In this document: positions 48,611-56,234 of the stretch, one piece after another
How the letters are laid out: each line of letters begins with the position of its first letter
How positions within the stretch are numbered: position 1 is the stretch's first letter
IMG/VR virus record: IMGVR_UViG_3300045988_111617
DNA from: a virus
Length of the DNA: 64,000 bases
Strand: one strand, 5' to 3'
Position numbers and translations under genes: made by a program
Notes under the pieces: generated by a model
What the model was told of the DNA's origin: nothing
The model's input: the letters and a program-made list of their open reading frames with translations, nothing else
Databases searched by the model: none

Positions 48611-48904
48611 TTATTCCTTTGCTTTAGGTTCAGTAGTATCCTCTGGTGTATCTTCAGGAAGAGTCATAAGTGACTCAATCTCTGTTACACACTTACCTAC
48701 AAATTCATCACTGAACATATGTGAGAACTCCATAACCTTGAACAGATAGTTGAGTCTCTCAAACATATTCTTATAGTTGAGGTCATTAAGAGCTCTTCTC
48801 AACTGCATATTCTGCTGCTGAAGCTGTCCAGCTATGTTCCTAAGTTCCTCATAACTGAGCTGTTTTGGCTGCTCAGGTGCCTGTGCTTTTACTTTCTCTT
48901 CCAT
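48611..48904 (-). CDS. 97-aa hypothetical coiled-coil protein
   Basis: ORF. Confidence 0.5.
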   Translation of the reverse strand: MEEKVKAQAPEQPKQLSYEELRNIAGQLQQQNMQLRRALNDLNYKNMFERLNYLFKVMEFSHMFSDEFVGKCVTEIESLMTLPEDTPEDTTEPKAKE

Positions 48905-49119
48905 TATACTTCTTCTCCTGTTAAAAAATTCCTACCATACTTCTGTTCATACATCTTCTCCCAAGTATGTATGTCAGTTTGACCAACCTCAGTACTACCA
49001 CATTCATCACAGAAATCAAGATAATCAGTATCTACAGAATCATCTACTGACTTAATGTTAAGTGATAGACAGTGCTTGCAGTAAAATACTGGTTCACTAT
49101 TAAAATCTTGCTCTACCAT
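48904..49119 (-). CDS. 71-aa zinc-ribbon protein (CKHC...CDEC)
   Basis: Two CxxC pairs. Confidence 0.5.
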   Translation of the reverse strand: MVEQDFNSEPVFYCKHCLSLNIKSVDDSVDTDYLDFCDECGSTEVGQTDIHTWEKMYEQKYGRNFLTGEEV

Positions 49120-49382
49120 ATTACTCTTTTACCTGTGATTCTTTCCCAAATTCTCTTCTTCTCAATATTAGCCTCTCTACCCTTAGTATGTTTCTTGTTG
49201 TTAAAAGGTCTCTTTGGGAGGATATAACCAAAGCTGGTTATGTATCCCTTCTTAAAGGCTCTCTTTACTGACTTAAATCTTTTGACACACTCAAAGTAGT
49301 GAAGTTTAAGTGTGTTTCTAAGCAAGTCCTGAAACTCTTCCTCTGAAATAGGAGCAACTTCCTTTACATTCTTCTCTTCCAT
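49113..49382 (-). CDS. 89-aa basic hypothetical protein
   Basis: ORF. Confidence 0.5.
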   Translation of the reverse strand: MEEKNVKEVAPISEEEFQDLLRNTLKLHYFECVKRFKSVKRAFKKGYITSFGYILPKRPFNNKKHTKGREANIEKKRIWERITGKRVIW

Positions 49383-49569
49383 TGTCTTGAAATTTAAGCA
49401 TAATAGGTCAAGATATACTGACCTCCTTCCTTAGCAAGAGATACAATATCATCTCTCTGTATGCCCAGTTCATTAGACTGTTTTACTATCTCCCTGATAG
49501 TATCACCATAGATGGCACACATTATTTTAACATTCTTATCTTCTCCCATAGTATTGAATATTAATTAGA

Positions 49570-49651
49570 TGCGGGAGGGGGACTTGAACCCCCGAGGCTA
49601 AAGAGCAGGAGCTTATGAGACTCCCCAGATACCAACTTCTGACATCCCGCA
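49570..49651 (-). tRNA. tRNA-Met/Ile2(CAT): tRNA with anticodon CAT (Met or Ile2-lysidine) but with a 14-nt extra arm (type-II-like), 82 nt
   Basis: Hand fold: acceptor TGCGGGA/TCCCGCA, D-stem TCAG/CTGG, anticodon arm GGAGT-CTCATAA-GCTCC, extra arm GCT-CTTT-AGC, T-arm GGGGG-TTCAAGT-CCCCC. Confidence 0.55.
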
Positions 49652-49661
49652 ATATTTATTG

Positions 49662-49734
49662 AGCCTTCTATTGGAATTGAACCAATATCTACTGATTACA
49701 AATCAGTTATAATAACCTTTATATTAAGAAGGCA
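49662..49734 (-). tRNA. tRNA-Thr: tRNA-Thr(TGT)
   Basis: Acceptor GCCTTCT/AGAAGGC, anticodon arm ACTGA-TTTGTAA-TCAGT, T-arm ATTGG-TTCAATT-CCAAT. Confidence 0.65.
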
Positions 49735-49774
49735 ACACTCTTATAGTATGCTTATAAGCCTTAAGAGTTTATTG

Positions 49775-49857
49775 TGGGGATAGAGGGATTTGAACCCTCA
49801 AGAGACATGCTCATGGGTGTTTAAGACCCATATGTTTACCAGTTTCATCATACCCCC
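49775..49857 (-). tRNA. tRNA-Leu: tRNA-Leu(TAA), type II
   Basis: Acceptor GGGGGTA/TATCCCC, anticodon arm TGGGT-CTTAAAC-ACCCA, long variable arm, T-arm GAGGG-TTCAAAT-CCCTC. Confidence 0.65.
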
Positions 49858-49864
49858 AATCCCT

Positions 49865-50323
49865 TTAATAACTTCTTGTTGAATCACAAAGTTCAAACAA
49901 GTACTTGTACTTCCATATGTTGTGAATGAAAGTCTCACACTCTGACCTCACTCCTGCATATTCCACTGAGTCTGGAATTGATGAGTAGAATTTAAGGGTC
50001 AGGTTCTTCACTTCAAGTATGAACTCCATTGCATTAAGAGTGTTACTCTCAGTTCCAACTATCTTGTTTGGAGCCATGTGACCAAGTATTCCTTGCATCT
50101 CTTCTGCAAGAGAGTCCTGATAGTCACTTAAAATCTCAAGAAAGTCATCCAGATATATATGAATATTCTTCTTTGGAGCTGCCCAGTGAAGATTCTTACA
50201 TTTAGCCTTCCATCCTTCAAGTCTGTTTATAAAACTTATAAAGAATGAGAAGGTATCTGGAGTCTCATCTTTTGGTGCTTGACCAGGAGCTGGTATAGGG
50301 TCTAAAAGTAAATCTCCTATCAT
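49865..50323 (-). CDS. 152-aa hypothetical protein embedded in the tRNA array
   Basis: ORF between tRNA-Leu and tRNA-Phe. Confidence 0.5.
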   Translation of the reverse strand: MIGDLLLDPIPAPGQAPKDETPDTFSFFISFINRLEGWKAKCKNLHWAAPKKNIHIYLDDFLEILSDYQDSLAEEMQGILGHMAPNKIVGTESNTLNAMEFILEVKNLTLKFYSSIPDSVEYAGVRSECETFIHNIWKYKYLFELCDSTRSY

Positions 50324-50372
50324 TTCTTCTGCAAATATAAGTATTTTATTTTAAACTTCCAAATAAAATTGT

Positions 50373-50446
50373 AAGTTTTTAGTGGAGACTGTGGGAGTTG
50401 AACCACACTTTTCTGGATTTTCAGTCCAGCACATTTACCACTAATG
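50373..50446 (-). tRNA. tRNA-Phe: tRNA-Phe(GAA)
   Basis: Acceptor GGAGACT/AGTCTCC, D-stem ACAT/ATGT, anticodon arm CTGGA-CTGAAAA-TCCAG; T-arm register slightly irregular. Confidence 0.6.
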
Positions 50447-50462
50447 TTAAGTCTCCATAGAT

Positions 50463-50535
50463 GGAAGCATAGACTCCAGGGTAAGAATCGAACTTACACA
50501 AAGTAGTTTTGCGGACTACTGCATTAACCTTTCTG
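50463..50535 (-). tRNA. tRNA-Cys: tRNA-Cys(GCA)
   Basis: Acceptor CTCCAGG/CCTGGAG, anticodon arm GTAGT-CCGCAAA-ACTAC, T-arm GTAAG-TTCGATT-CTTAC. Confidence 0.65.
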
Positions 50536-50540
50536 CTACC

Positions 50541-50614
50541 TGGAGAATCAGGGTGTCTTATTGGAGTTGAACCAACATCATCTTGAGCCACAATCAAGTG
50601 CTCTACCATTAAGC
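50541..50614 (-). tRNA. tRNA-His: tRNA-His(GTG)
   Basis: Acceptor GGTGTCT/AGACACC, anticodon arm CTTGA-TTGTGGC-TCAAG, T-arm GTTGG-TTCAACT-CCAAT. Confidence 0.65.
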
Positions 50615-50616
50615 TA

Positions 50617-50689
50617 AAGACACCAGTGGGCAAATAAGGATTTGAACCTTCATTTCCTGAGTATCAGTCAGGGTTCCTAACCAATTAGA
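50617..50689 (-). tRNA. tRNA-Ile: tRNA-Ile(GAT) (one T-T mismatch in acceptor stem)
   Basis: Anticodon arm CCTGA-CTGATAC-TCAGG, T-loop TTCAAAT. Confidence 0.6.
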
Positions 50690-50695
50690 AGATAT

Positions 50696-50766
50696 GCCCA
50701 TTAGCAGGTCCTTAAGGATTTGAACCCTAATCAAGGGTTTTGGAGACCCTTATGCTAACCAATTGC
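50696..50766 (-). tRNA. tRNA-Trp: tRNA-Trp(CCA)
   Basis: Acceptor GGTTCTT/AAGGACC (one G-U), anticodon arm AGGGT-CTCCAAA-ACCCT, T-loop TTCAAAT. Confidence 0.6.
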
Positions 50767-50772
50767 ACCAAG

Positions 50773-50845
50773 AACCCAAGTGGCTGGGGTAGAAGGAATT
50801 GAACCTTCATCCACAGATTAACAGTCTGTTGCTTGACCTTCCAGC
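50773..50845 (-). tRNA. tRNA-Asn: tRNA-Asn(GTT)
   Basis: Acceptor CTGGGGT/ACCCCAG, anticodon arm ACAGA-CTGTTAA-TCTGT, T-arm GAAGG-TTCAATT-CCTTC. Confidence 0.65.
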
Positions 50846-50886
50846 TATACCCCAGTTTCAACTAAAAAAAAACAAATGAGAAATGT

Positions 50887-50957
50887 GGACTCTTGGGGAA
50901 TTGAACCCCAACTCTCTGCTTGCAAAGCAGAAGTGCTAACCATTATCACTAAGAGCC
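50887..50957 (-). tRNA. tRNA-Ala: tRNA-Ala(TGC)
   Basis: Acceptor GGCTCTT/AAGAGTC (G-U at 2-71), anticodon arm TCTGC-TTTGCAA-GCAGA, T-arm TGGGG-TTCAATT-CCCCA. Confidence 0.65.
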
Positions 50958-50962
50958 CAAAG

Positions 50963-51036
50963 TAGGGAAGAAAGGGCTCGAACCTTCATCTTCTACATCC
51001 CAAATGTAGCCAATTAACCAATTATTGTACTTCCCT
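50963..51036 (-). tRNA. tRNA-Pro: tRNA-Pro(TGG)
   Basis: Acceptor AGGGAAG/CTTCCCT, anticodon arm CTACA-TTTGGGA-TGTAG, T-arm GAAGG-TTCGAGC-CCTTT. Confidence 0.6.
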
Positions 51037-51044
51037 ATAACAAT

Positions 51045-51150
51045 CATATTGCGGAGAGCAATGTACTTGAAACATATCCCCCTGAGAGAACCTCATGTTT
51101 AGCAGACAGAGCCAGAATCTGTAGTGCTACCATTACACCACATCCCAGGG
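51045..51150 (-). ncRNA. tRNA-like segment that does not close into a canonical cloverleaf: tRNA-Gln(CTG)-like 5' half (acceptor, D-arm, anticodon arm ACAGA-TTCTGGC-TCTGT) plus a separate T-arm-like hairpin (ATGT-TTCAAGT-ACAT); degenerate, intron-containing or non-canonical tRNA
   Basis: Hand folding; no complementary 3' acceptor strand found for either part. Confidence 0.25.
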
Positions 51151-51232
51151 TACCTACTATTCATATGTAACTATAATGTACACTTTAATTATATATGTCT
51201 GGAATCTGTAGGTTGGTTCTTAACCAGTTTGT

Positions 51233-51305
51233 TGAAGGGGAAAGACTCGAACTTTCATCTACCTGTTTCAAAGACAGGAATGTTTACCGTTACACCACCC
51301 TTCAA
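51233..51305 (-). tRNA. tRNA-Gln: tRNA-Gln(TTG)
   Basis: Acceptor TGAAGGG/CCCTTCA (U1-A72), anticodon arm CCTGT-CTTTGAA-ACAGG, T-arm GAAAG-TTCGAGT-CTTTC. Confidence 0.65.
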
Positions 51306-51316
51306 TATAAGAAGGC

Positions 51317-51553
51317 CTAAGCCTTCTTAGTAGTTTTCTTTGTTACCTTTACAGGCACTTCCTTTACTACCTCAACCACCTTTTCTACCTCTTTGATAAT
51401 ATCTTTCTTAAAGAGATACCCTGCTGCAAACCCAGCAATCACTGAAACAAGGCAGGCAAGTGTAGCCCAGAATGGGAACAGCTTAATAAGCCCAAGTGAC
51501 CCAACTACTACCACTGCTACAATAGCAAGTGCAATCCATCTTTTTGTATTCAT
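51317..51553 (-). CDS. 78-aa small membrane protein (two TM helices, Lys-rich C-terminus); first gene of the transcript that continues into the tRNA array
   Basis: Hydrophobic segments; hairpin GAAGGC-CTAA-GCCTTC overlapping its stop. Confidence 0.55.
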   Translation of the reverse strand: MNTKRWIALAIVAVVVVGSLGLIKLFPFWATLACLVSVIAGFAAGYLFKKDIIKEVEKVVEVVKEVPVKVTKKTTKKA

Positions 51554-51605
51554 CCTCTCTTTATTTAAATTGTACTACAAAGGTAAGTAAAAAATTTGAT
51601 ATATG

Positions 51606-51613
51606 CAAATTTA
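51606..51613 (-). promoter_or_regulatory. Candidate -7 box TAAATTTG for the small membrane gene + tRNA array
   Basis: TAnnTTTG on the - strand in the 92-nt AT-rich gap upstream of the ATG at 51553. Confidence 0.3.
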
Positions 51614-51645
51614 TTTTACATTTTTATACAATTTATCTATAGAAG

Positions 51646-52545
51646 TTAATACAAATCACTCATTCCTATACCTTTAGCCCCATTATTAAAATTCTTCATA
51701 TCATCTCTTAAAAGATATGAACCCTTCTTCGGGTCATAAGATATCCTTCCTCTTATTTTCATTTCTCTAGGTCTTTCTGGGATACCTCCTAGGGTTCTTG
51801 GTATTGTAGGAAAATCATAAGTATCATGTATATATAAAGCTTTTTCATCTGGGTCCCACATCATCCCAAAATTTGCAAGCATTCCTAAAGGAGCAATTTC
51901 ATTATTTTCTAAATCTTTTTTTAATATAAACTGACCTGCTCTTCTTTCATCTTTAGTTCTTCCAAATCTCTCTCCTTTCTCACTAACCTGAGTCCATCTA
52001 TTAGGATTATCCATCACCTTCTTGCCTGCTCTATATAAATACTCTACTTGGGTTTTACTACTAAGATTTGGAAATCTTTTTTTATATTCATCATAGTTCC
52101 TTACTATCTTACCTGTATTAGTAGTATCTGCAATAGCCTGAATATATTGGTCCATTTTAGGAGTTGTACCATAAAATTCAGAAGGGGGTTCTCCAGCTTT
52201 AGCTTTTTCATATTCTATTTTATCATCCCAAGAAGTTTTAGCTTTTGGATTCATTTTAGGAACTATATTATCCAATCCCAGATAAGCTCTCCAATATTGG
52301 TCCTCTTCTCCTTCAGCTTGATTTCCATTAGAATAAAAAACTCTTTCTATTCCCCATCCTCCAGTTGGGTCATGCTTACTATGAACTTCTCTCCTTTTCT
52401 CCAAAGTATCCTCTGAATATCCCCCCTCAGTGTCTTTGGTACCATCATATATATGTTTCATATCAGACAAAGAGCCTACTCCTGCTTTCAGAAATAGGCT
52501 CATCAAGTCTGACCTTTCTTTCATTGTAAGGTCATTCCACTTCAT
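51646..52545 (-). CDS. 299-aa hypothetical protein
   Basis: ORF. Confidence 0.6.
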   Translation of the reverse strand: MKWNDLTMKERSDLMSLFLKAGVGSLSDMKHIYDGTKDTEGGYSEDTLEKRREVHSKHDPTGGWGIERVFYSNGNQAEGEEDQYWRAYLGLDNIVPKMNPKAKTSWDDKIEYEKAKAGEPPSEFYGTTPKMDQYIQAIADTTNTGKIVRNYDEYKKRFPNLSSKTQVEYLYRAGKKVMDNPNRWTQVSEKGERFGRTKDERRAGQFILKKDLENNEIAPLGMLANFGMMWDPDEKALYIHDTYDFPTIPRTLGGIPERPREMKIRGRISYDPKKGSYLLRDDMKNFNNGAKGIGMSDLY

Positions 52546-52907
52546 TTTAACTTTCTTCTTAATTTCTTGTTAAAGACAAATTTAATCCAACTGTATCTTT
52601 TCCTACTCTTTAAGTAGTTAGGATTATTCTCATTGTTGTATGCTTCCTCTTCAAAAGATATATCATGGTAAGCCTTATTATAAGGTGGCAATAGTACCTC
52701 TAAAAGCCACTCTATAAAATACCATATATAAAAGAATACATACCCAAGTTCCTTCATCTGTTCTGTATGAATAGACTCATGATTAATAGTTCTTGGAGAT
52801 ACATAAGGTTTAGTTTTTCCCTTCTCCTGTCTTACAAAGAGAGTTCCAAACAGATTAGTTACAGAGAATCCCTTGAAAGGAATAAATCTATTATAAATTA
52901 TTTTCAT
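52542..52907 (-). CDS. 121-aa small putative zinc metallopeptidase-like protein (HESIH) followed by hydrophobic helix
   Basis: HExxH motif INHESIHTEQ. Confidence 0.4.
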   Translation of the reverse strand: MKIIYNRFIPFKGFSVTNLFGTLFVRQEKGKTKPYVSPRTINHESIHTEQMKELGYVFFYIWYFIEWLLEVLLPPYNKAYHDISFEEEAYNNENNPNYLKSRKRYSWIKFVFNKKLRRKLK

Positions 52908-52933
52908 TGTATGTCAGTTTATGCTCTTTAGAC

Positions 52934-53260
52934 CTATGAGATTAGGTTTGATTTAATCAATTGTCCTATAGCTTTGGCAGTCCATTCTACAAGAGGTTCA
53001 TCATCATAACAATTTAAATATTGTCCATTGAGGAATATCATATGAACTAACTCATGTCTAACAGTATTCTCAATAGTTTCTTTATCTATTGCTTTACCAT
53101 TAGGCCACTTAGTTGATATCCATATAGTTCTCTCAGTTGGTATTATTACACCATTATTAAAAGCCCCTTCTACCTGACCTTCTGTCATAGGAGCATGGTC
53201 TACAAATTTAATAGACCATACTTGTCCAAAAAACTTAAAAGTTCTGTTCTTGAATTCCAT
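52934..53260 (-). CDS. 108-aa small putative zinc metallopeptidase-like protein (SprT/zincin-type HELVH)
   Basis: HExxH motif TVRHELVHMIF. Confidence 0.4.
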   Translation of the reverse strand: MEFKNRTFKFFGQVWSIKFVDHAPMTEGQVEGAFNNGVIIPTERTIWISTKWPNGKAIDKETIENTVRHELVHMIFLNGQYLNCYDDEPLVEWTAKAIGQLIKSNLIS

Positions 53261-53742
53261 TTTATTAATCTTCTACTCTTACTTTTGTATATAAAAGTCC
53301 CTAAGCCAGAGTTACCCAGCTCACCTTGCTGTTACCAGTAGGTTTATCCTTAAAATTTCAGTATGGCGTTCTTTTATCCCCCTATAGACCTTTTACCCTC
53401 AGCCTTTTCTCATACAGATTGGCAGGTCACATACATTATATTTAAGGACAGTTTTCACATAGGGTCATATCCTTCCCACCCTATCCAGTACCAGGCTTTC
53501 ATTGCTTCCAATAGCAGCTGGCAGAGGTGAAGATTCTGTAGTATCTTCAGTATTGCAAAGGTAAGTAAAAAAACTGACATATCCAAATATATAAATGATT
53601 TTTTTTTTCTTTATTTTTTTTTGTTTTTTTTTTAATTTTTTTTGGATTTATGTAGATGGAGGATAACCCCCATCCACCTCCCCCAGCCATCAACCAATGG
53701 GGGTTAGTCCCCCTGTATGTTTAACTTTAATCCTTATTTATT

Positions 53743-54105
53743 ATGGAACCAATGTATCGCAATCTTCAGACTATTGAGTCTTTGAAGGAGTCCTGGAAAT
53801 CTCAGAACATCAGCATTGTACCTGTAAGAAGGTGCATGTATGACAAAGTCACTGGAGAGAAAATCTCTGGTAAATATGAGTATTTCAAGCACAAAGATGG
53901 TACTCAGAAATACTTCGGTGTTTCTGATGACCAGAAGAACTTTTGTGCAGTCTCTAATGCCCTTGCAAAGGACCTTGAGACCAATGGAATGCCTAATCCT
54001 GACAAGATTGTAGTAGTTCAGGAAGTTTCTCAGGATGGAGGACAGACTTGGGTTCCCTCTCTTATGTATCAGGGAGGAGCACAGGAAGTTACCTTTAAGT
54101 TCTAA
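53743..54105 (+). CDS. 120-aa hypothetical protein, first gene of the rightward accessory module
   Basis: ORF followed by clear terminator. Confidence 0.6.
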   Translation: MEPMYRNLQTIESLKESWKSQNISIVPVRRCMYDKVTGEKISGKYEYFKHKDGTQKYFGVSDDQKNFCAVSNALAKDLETNGMPNPDKIVVVQEVSQDGGQTWVPSLMYQGGAQEVTFKF

Positions 54106-54118
54106 TAGAAGAGAGAGG

Positions 54119-54135
54119 AGGGGACTTTGTCCCCT
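54119..54135 (+). terminator. Rho-independent terminator
   Basis: AGGGGAC-TTT-GTCCCCT followed by TTTTTCTTTTTT. Confidence 0.75.
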
Positions 54136-54376
54136 TTTTCTTTTTTACTTTTAATCCTTTAGCTACAATTGGTTGAGGATTAATTGTTTAATTATTAATT
54201 AGTTAGCTACAATTAGGGAGGCTTTATAAAAAACCTTCCCCTTTATTAGCTTTCTATACCCTTTTGAAAAAGAGTTACATAGTCTATTAATATGACTATC
54301 TTGGCTCTTTCAAAAGAATAAATACTTACTAAATCTTAGAGTAAAAGTTGAATCAGTCCAACAATTTCTCTGTGAT

Positions 54377-54613
54377 TTGGTAAGCATTGAGGACTTTGCT
54401 AAGAAGTATCAGGATAAATCTGTAAAAGTCTTCATAAAAGAAGCATATGGCAGAGTACCAGTTGCAAAGCTGGTAAATGCTAATGCAAGTGAGGGACCAA
54501 GATTTATCTCTGTTCTAAAAGATACTGGAATCTCTTTTGATTATGTTGAGAGTGAAGGGCAAAATTTAGTTGCATATAAGAATCTCTACAAAATTGAAGA
54601 GGAATGGATATAA
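54377..54613 (+). CDS. 78-aa hypothetical protein; only TTG starts available (54377 or 54347), no in-frame ATG
   Basis: ORF with non-ATG start; uncertain. Confidence 0.35.
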   Translation: MVSIEDFAKKYQDKSVKVFIKEAYGRVPVAKLVNANASEGPRFISVLKDTGISFDYVESEGQNLVAYKNLYKIEEEWI

Positions 54614-54636
54614 AGTAATCCTCATCTGAAAAGGTT

Positions 54637-54858
54637 ATGAAAACATTCTCACTTATTATTAAGGGAATACTGTTGTATTTTACCTTAATATATTGGCTGT
54701 TCTTTTTAGTAACAGCTGATAGCTACAACATAATTCCTCTCTTAATAATATATGGAGTGGGATTCTGCTTAATGCTCCTCTGCAAAGATATTATCTCTAA
54801 AGAGGATTTGATAACATTATTAAAGGCTAATCCAAAAGATTTAGATGAAACAGTTTGA
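54637..54858 (+). CDS. 73-aa membrane protein (two TM helices)
   Basis: Hydrophobic profile. Confidence 0.5.
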   Translation: MKTFSLIIKGILLYFTLIYWLFFLVTADSYNIIPLLIIYGVGFCLMLLCKDIISKEDLITLLKANPKDLDETV

Positions 54859-54977
54859 AAAGAAATCTATTCCAACAGAAGAAGTAAAGTACTCTGTGGA
54901 ATTTCCTCAAGAGCCAAAATATACTCTTAGAAGAGGAAGATTCTATAACTTAATGTGTGTTGTAACAAAGACAAAAC

Positions 54978-55118
54978 ATGAATAATCTGGAACTTCTAGA
55001 TAACCCTTCTAATGTTATCTCTTCAGAAGAGTTAGATTGGGAACCAGAATACAGATGTCCTAATTGTGATAGTATGTATGATGGATGCTACTATCCAAAC
55101 TGTGGATACCACGAATAA
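54978..55118 (+). CDS. 46-aa zinc-ribbon mini-protein (CPNC...CYYPNC), below the ORF-track size cut-off
   Basis: ATG-initiated ORF read from sequence; two Cys pairs. Confidence 0.35.
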   Translation: MNNLELLDNPSNVISSEELDWEPEYRCPNCDSMYDGCYYPNCGYHE

Positions 55119-55142
55119 AATAACAGTCTTAATCACAATATT

Positions 55143-55688
55143 ATGAAACAATTGATAACTATGCTACTTGCATTATTTGCAAGTATAGCTATTTCAGCCC
55201 AGACAAATTCCAATGTCCTTAAATTTATGGGTATTCCTGTAGATGGGAGTAAAACACAGGTAATTCAGAAACTGAAGGAAAAGGGATTTGGGTATGATTC
55301 ATTCAATGATTGTCTTATAGGGCAATTCAATGGCCAGTATTCTCGAATATTTGTATCTACTAATAAAAATAAAGTAGATAGAATAACAGTTTGTAGTATA
55401 GATGGAACAAATGAAGCAAATATTCGTGTTGTATATAACAATCTCCTTCAGCAATTCAACAATAATAGTAAATATATTACCGCTGTAGGAAATAAACCTA
55501 TCCCAGAAGATGAAGATATTTCTTATGAAATATCAGTACATAATAAAAGATATGATGCTGTATTCTATCTAAAGGAAAATAGCACACAGGGAATGGTGTG
55601 GTTTATGATTTACCGTGAGATTAATAATTATTATATTGCCATTTTCTATGAAAATCTCAATAACAGGCCAAATGGAGAAGATTTATAA
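55143..55688 (+). CDS. 181-aa secreted protein (signal peptide, predicted cleavage after ISA)
   Basis: N-terminal MKQLITMLLALFASIAISAQT signal-peptide pattern. Confidence 0.6.
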   Translation: MKQLITMLLALFASIAISAQTNSNVLKFMGIPVDGSKTQVIQKLKEKGFGYDSFNDCLIGQFNGQYSRIFVSTNKNKVDRITVCSIDGTNEANIRVVYNNLLQQFNNNSKYITAVGNKPIPEDEDISYEISVHNKRYDAVFYLKENSTQGMVWFMIYREINNYYIAIFYENLNNRPNGEDL

Positions 55689-55791
55689 ACACATGAAAGA
55701 GTGATGTACCCGGGAATAGTATATTTCCAGAAGCAGGAAGATGTCAGAAAGGCATATGAAATGCTGAAAGATGAACTGTAAATAAGAACAA

Positions 55792-55869
55792 AGGGCTATT
55801 GCTGAATAGTGGAGTTACTTCATAAATTTTGGGCAATCACACTCCACAAACTATTGCATAGCCCTTTTT
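55792..55869 (+). ncRNA. Structured RNA element: outer stem AGGGCTATTGC/GCATAGCCCT, internal loop, inner stem GTGGAGT/ACTCCAC with 25-nt loop, then TTTTT; complex terminator or small ncRNA (Y-RNA-like architecture)
   Basis: Complementarity read directly from sequence. Confidence 0.4.
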
Positions 55870-55922
55870 AAATAGAATACATTTCTTTAATATATTAGTA
55901 CTAATCTTAAAAAAGAAAACAA

Positions 55923-56234
55923 ATGAAAGAAAAAGATTTCAAGTCTCTCTCTGTTGATGAACAGAAGGAGAAAATCAATGAGCTCATCATTTCTTGGTAT
56001 GAGCAGGATTCAGACAACAGATGTGCAGTAGTCATCCTTAGTGATAGGAATAATGAGAAAGATGCAGGAAAGTCTTCATGCTGTATGGTCGGCCCAGGAA
56101 GTCTTATAGCAGTATCCCTTGGAACTGTGTTGAAAAGTAATGAGGACCTCAGGGGGCTGGTAGCTCATAGCTTGATGGGACCTCTTGGAGGACTCTTGGA
56201 TATGTTCAACAAATCAGAAGAAGAGGAGAAATAG
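55923..56234 (+). CDS. 103-aa hypothetical protein (Cys-containing core RCAVVILSD...CCMVGPG); paralog of the interrupted ORF downstream
   Basis: ORF; similarity to translation of 56273-56523. Confidence 0.55.
   Translation: MKEKDFKSLSVDEQKEKINELIISWYEQDSDNRCAVVILSDRNNEKDAGKSSCCMVGPGSLIAVSLGTVLKSNEDLRGLVAHSLMGPLGGLLDMFNKSEEEEK

Noticed and set aside
50421-51590. ORF-track entries 50421-50633 (-), 51124-51330 (+) and 51393-51590 (+)
   Set aside because: They lie on top of tRNA genes or antisense to the small membrane-protein gene; treated as artefacts.
53590-53645. Oligo-T run as a CRISPR array or tandem repeat
   Set aside because: Homopolymeric or low-complexity T tracts without spacer-repeat periodicity; no CRISPR arrays, integrase or att-like repeats seen anywhere in the window.
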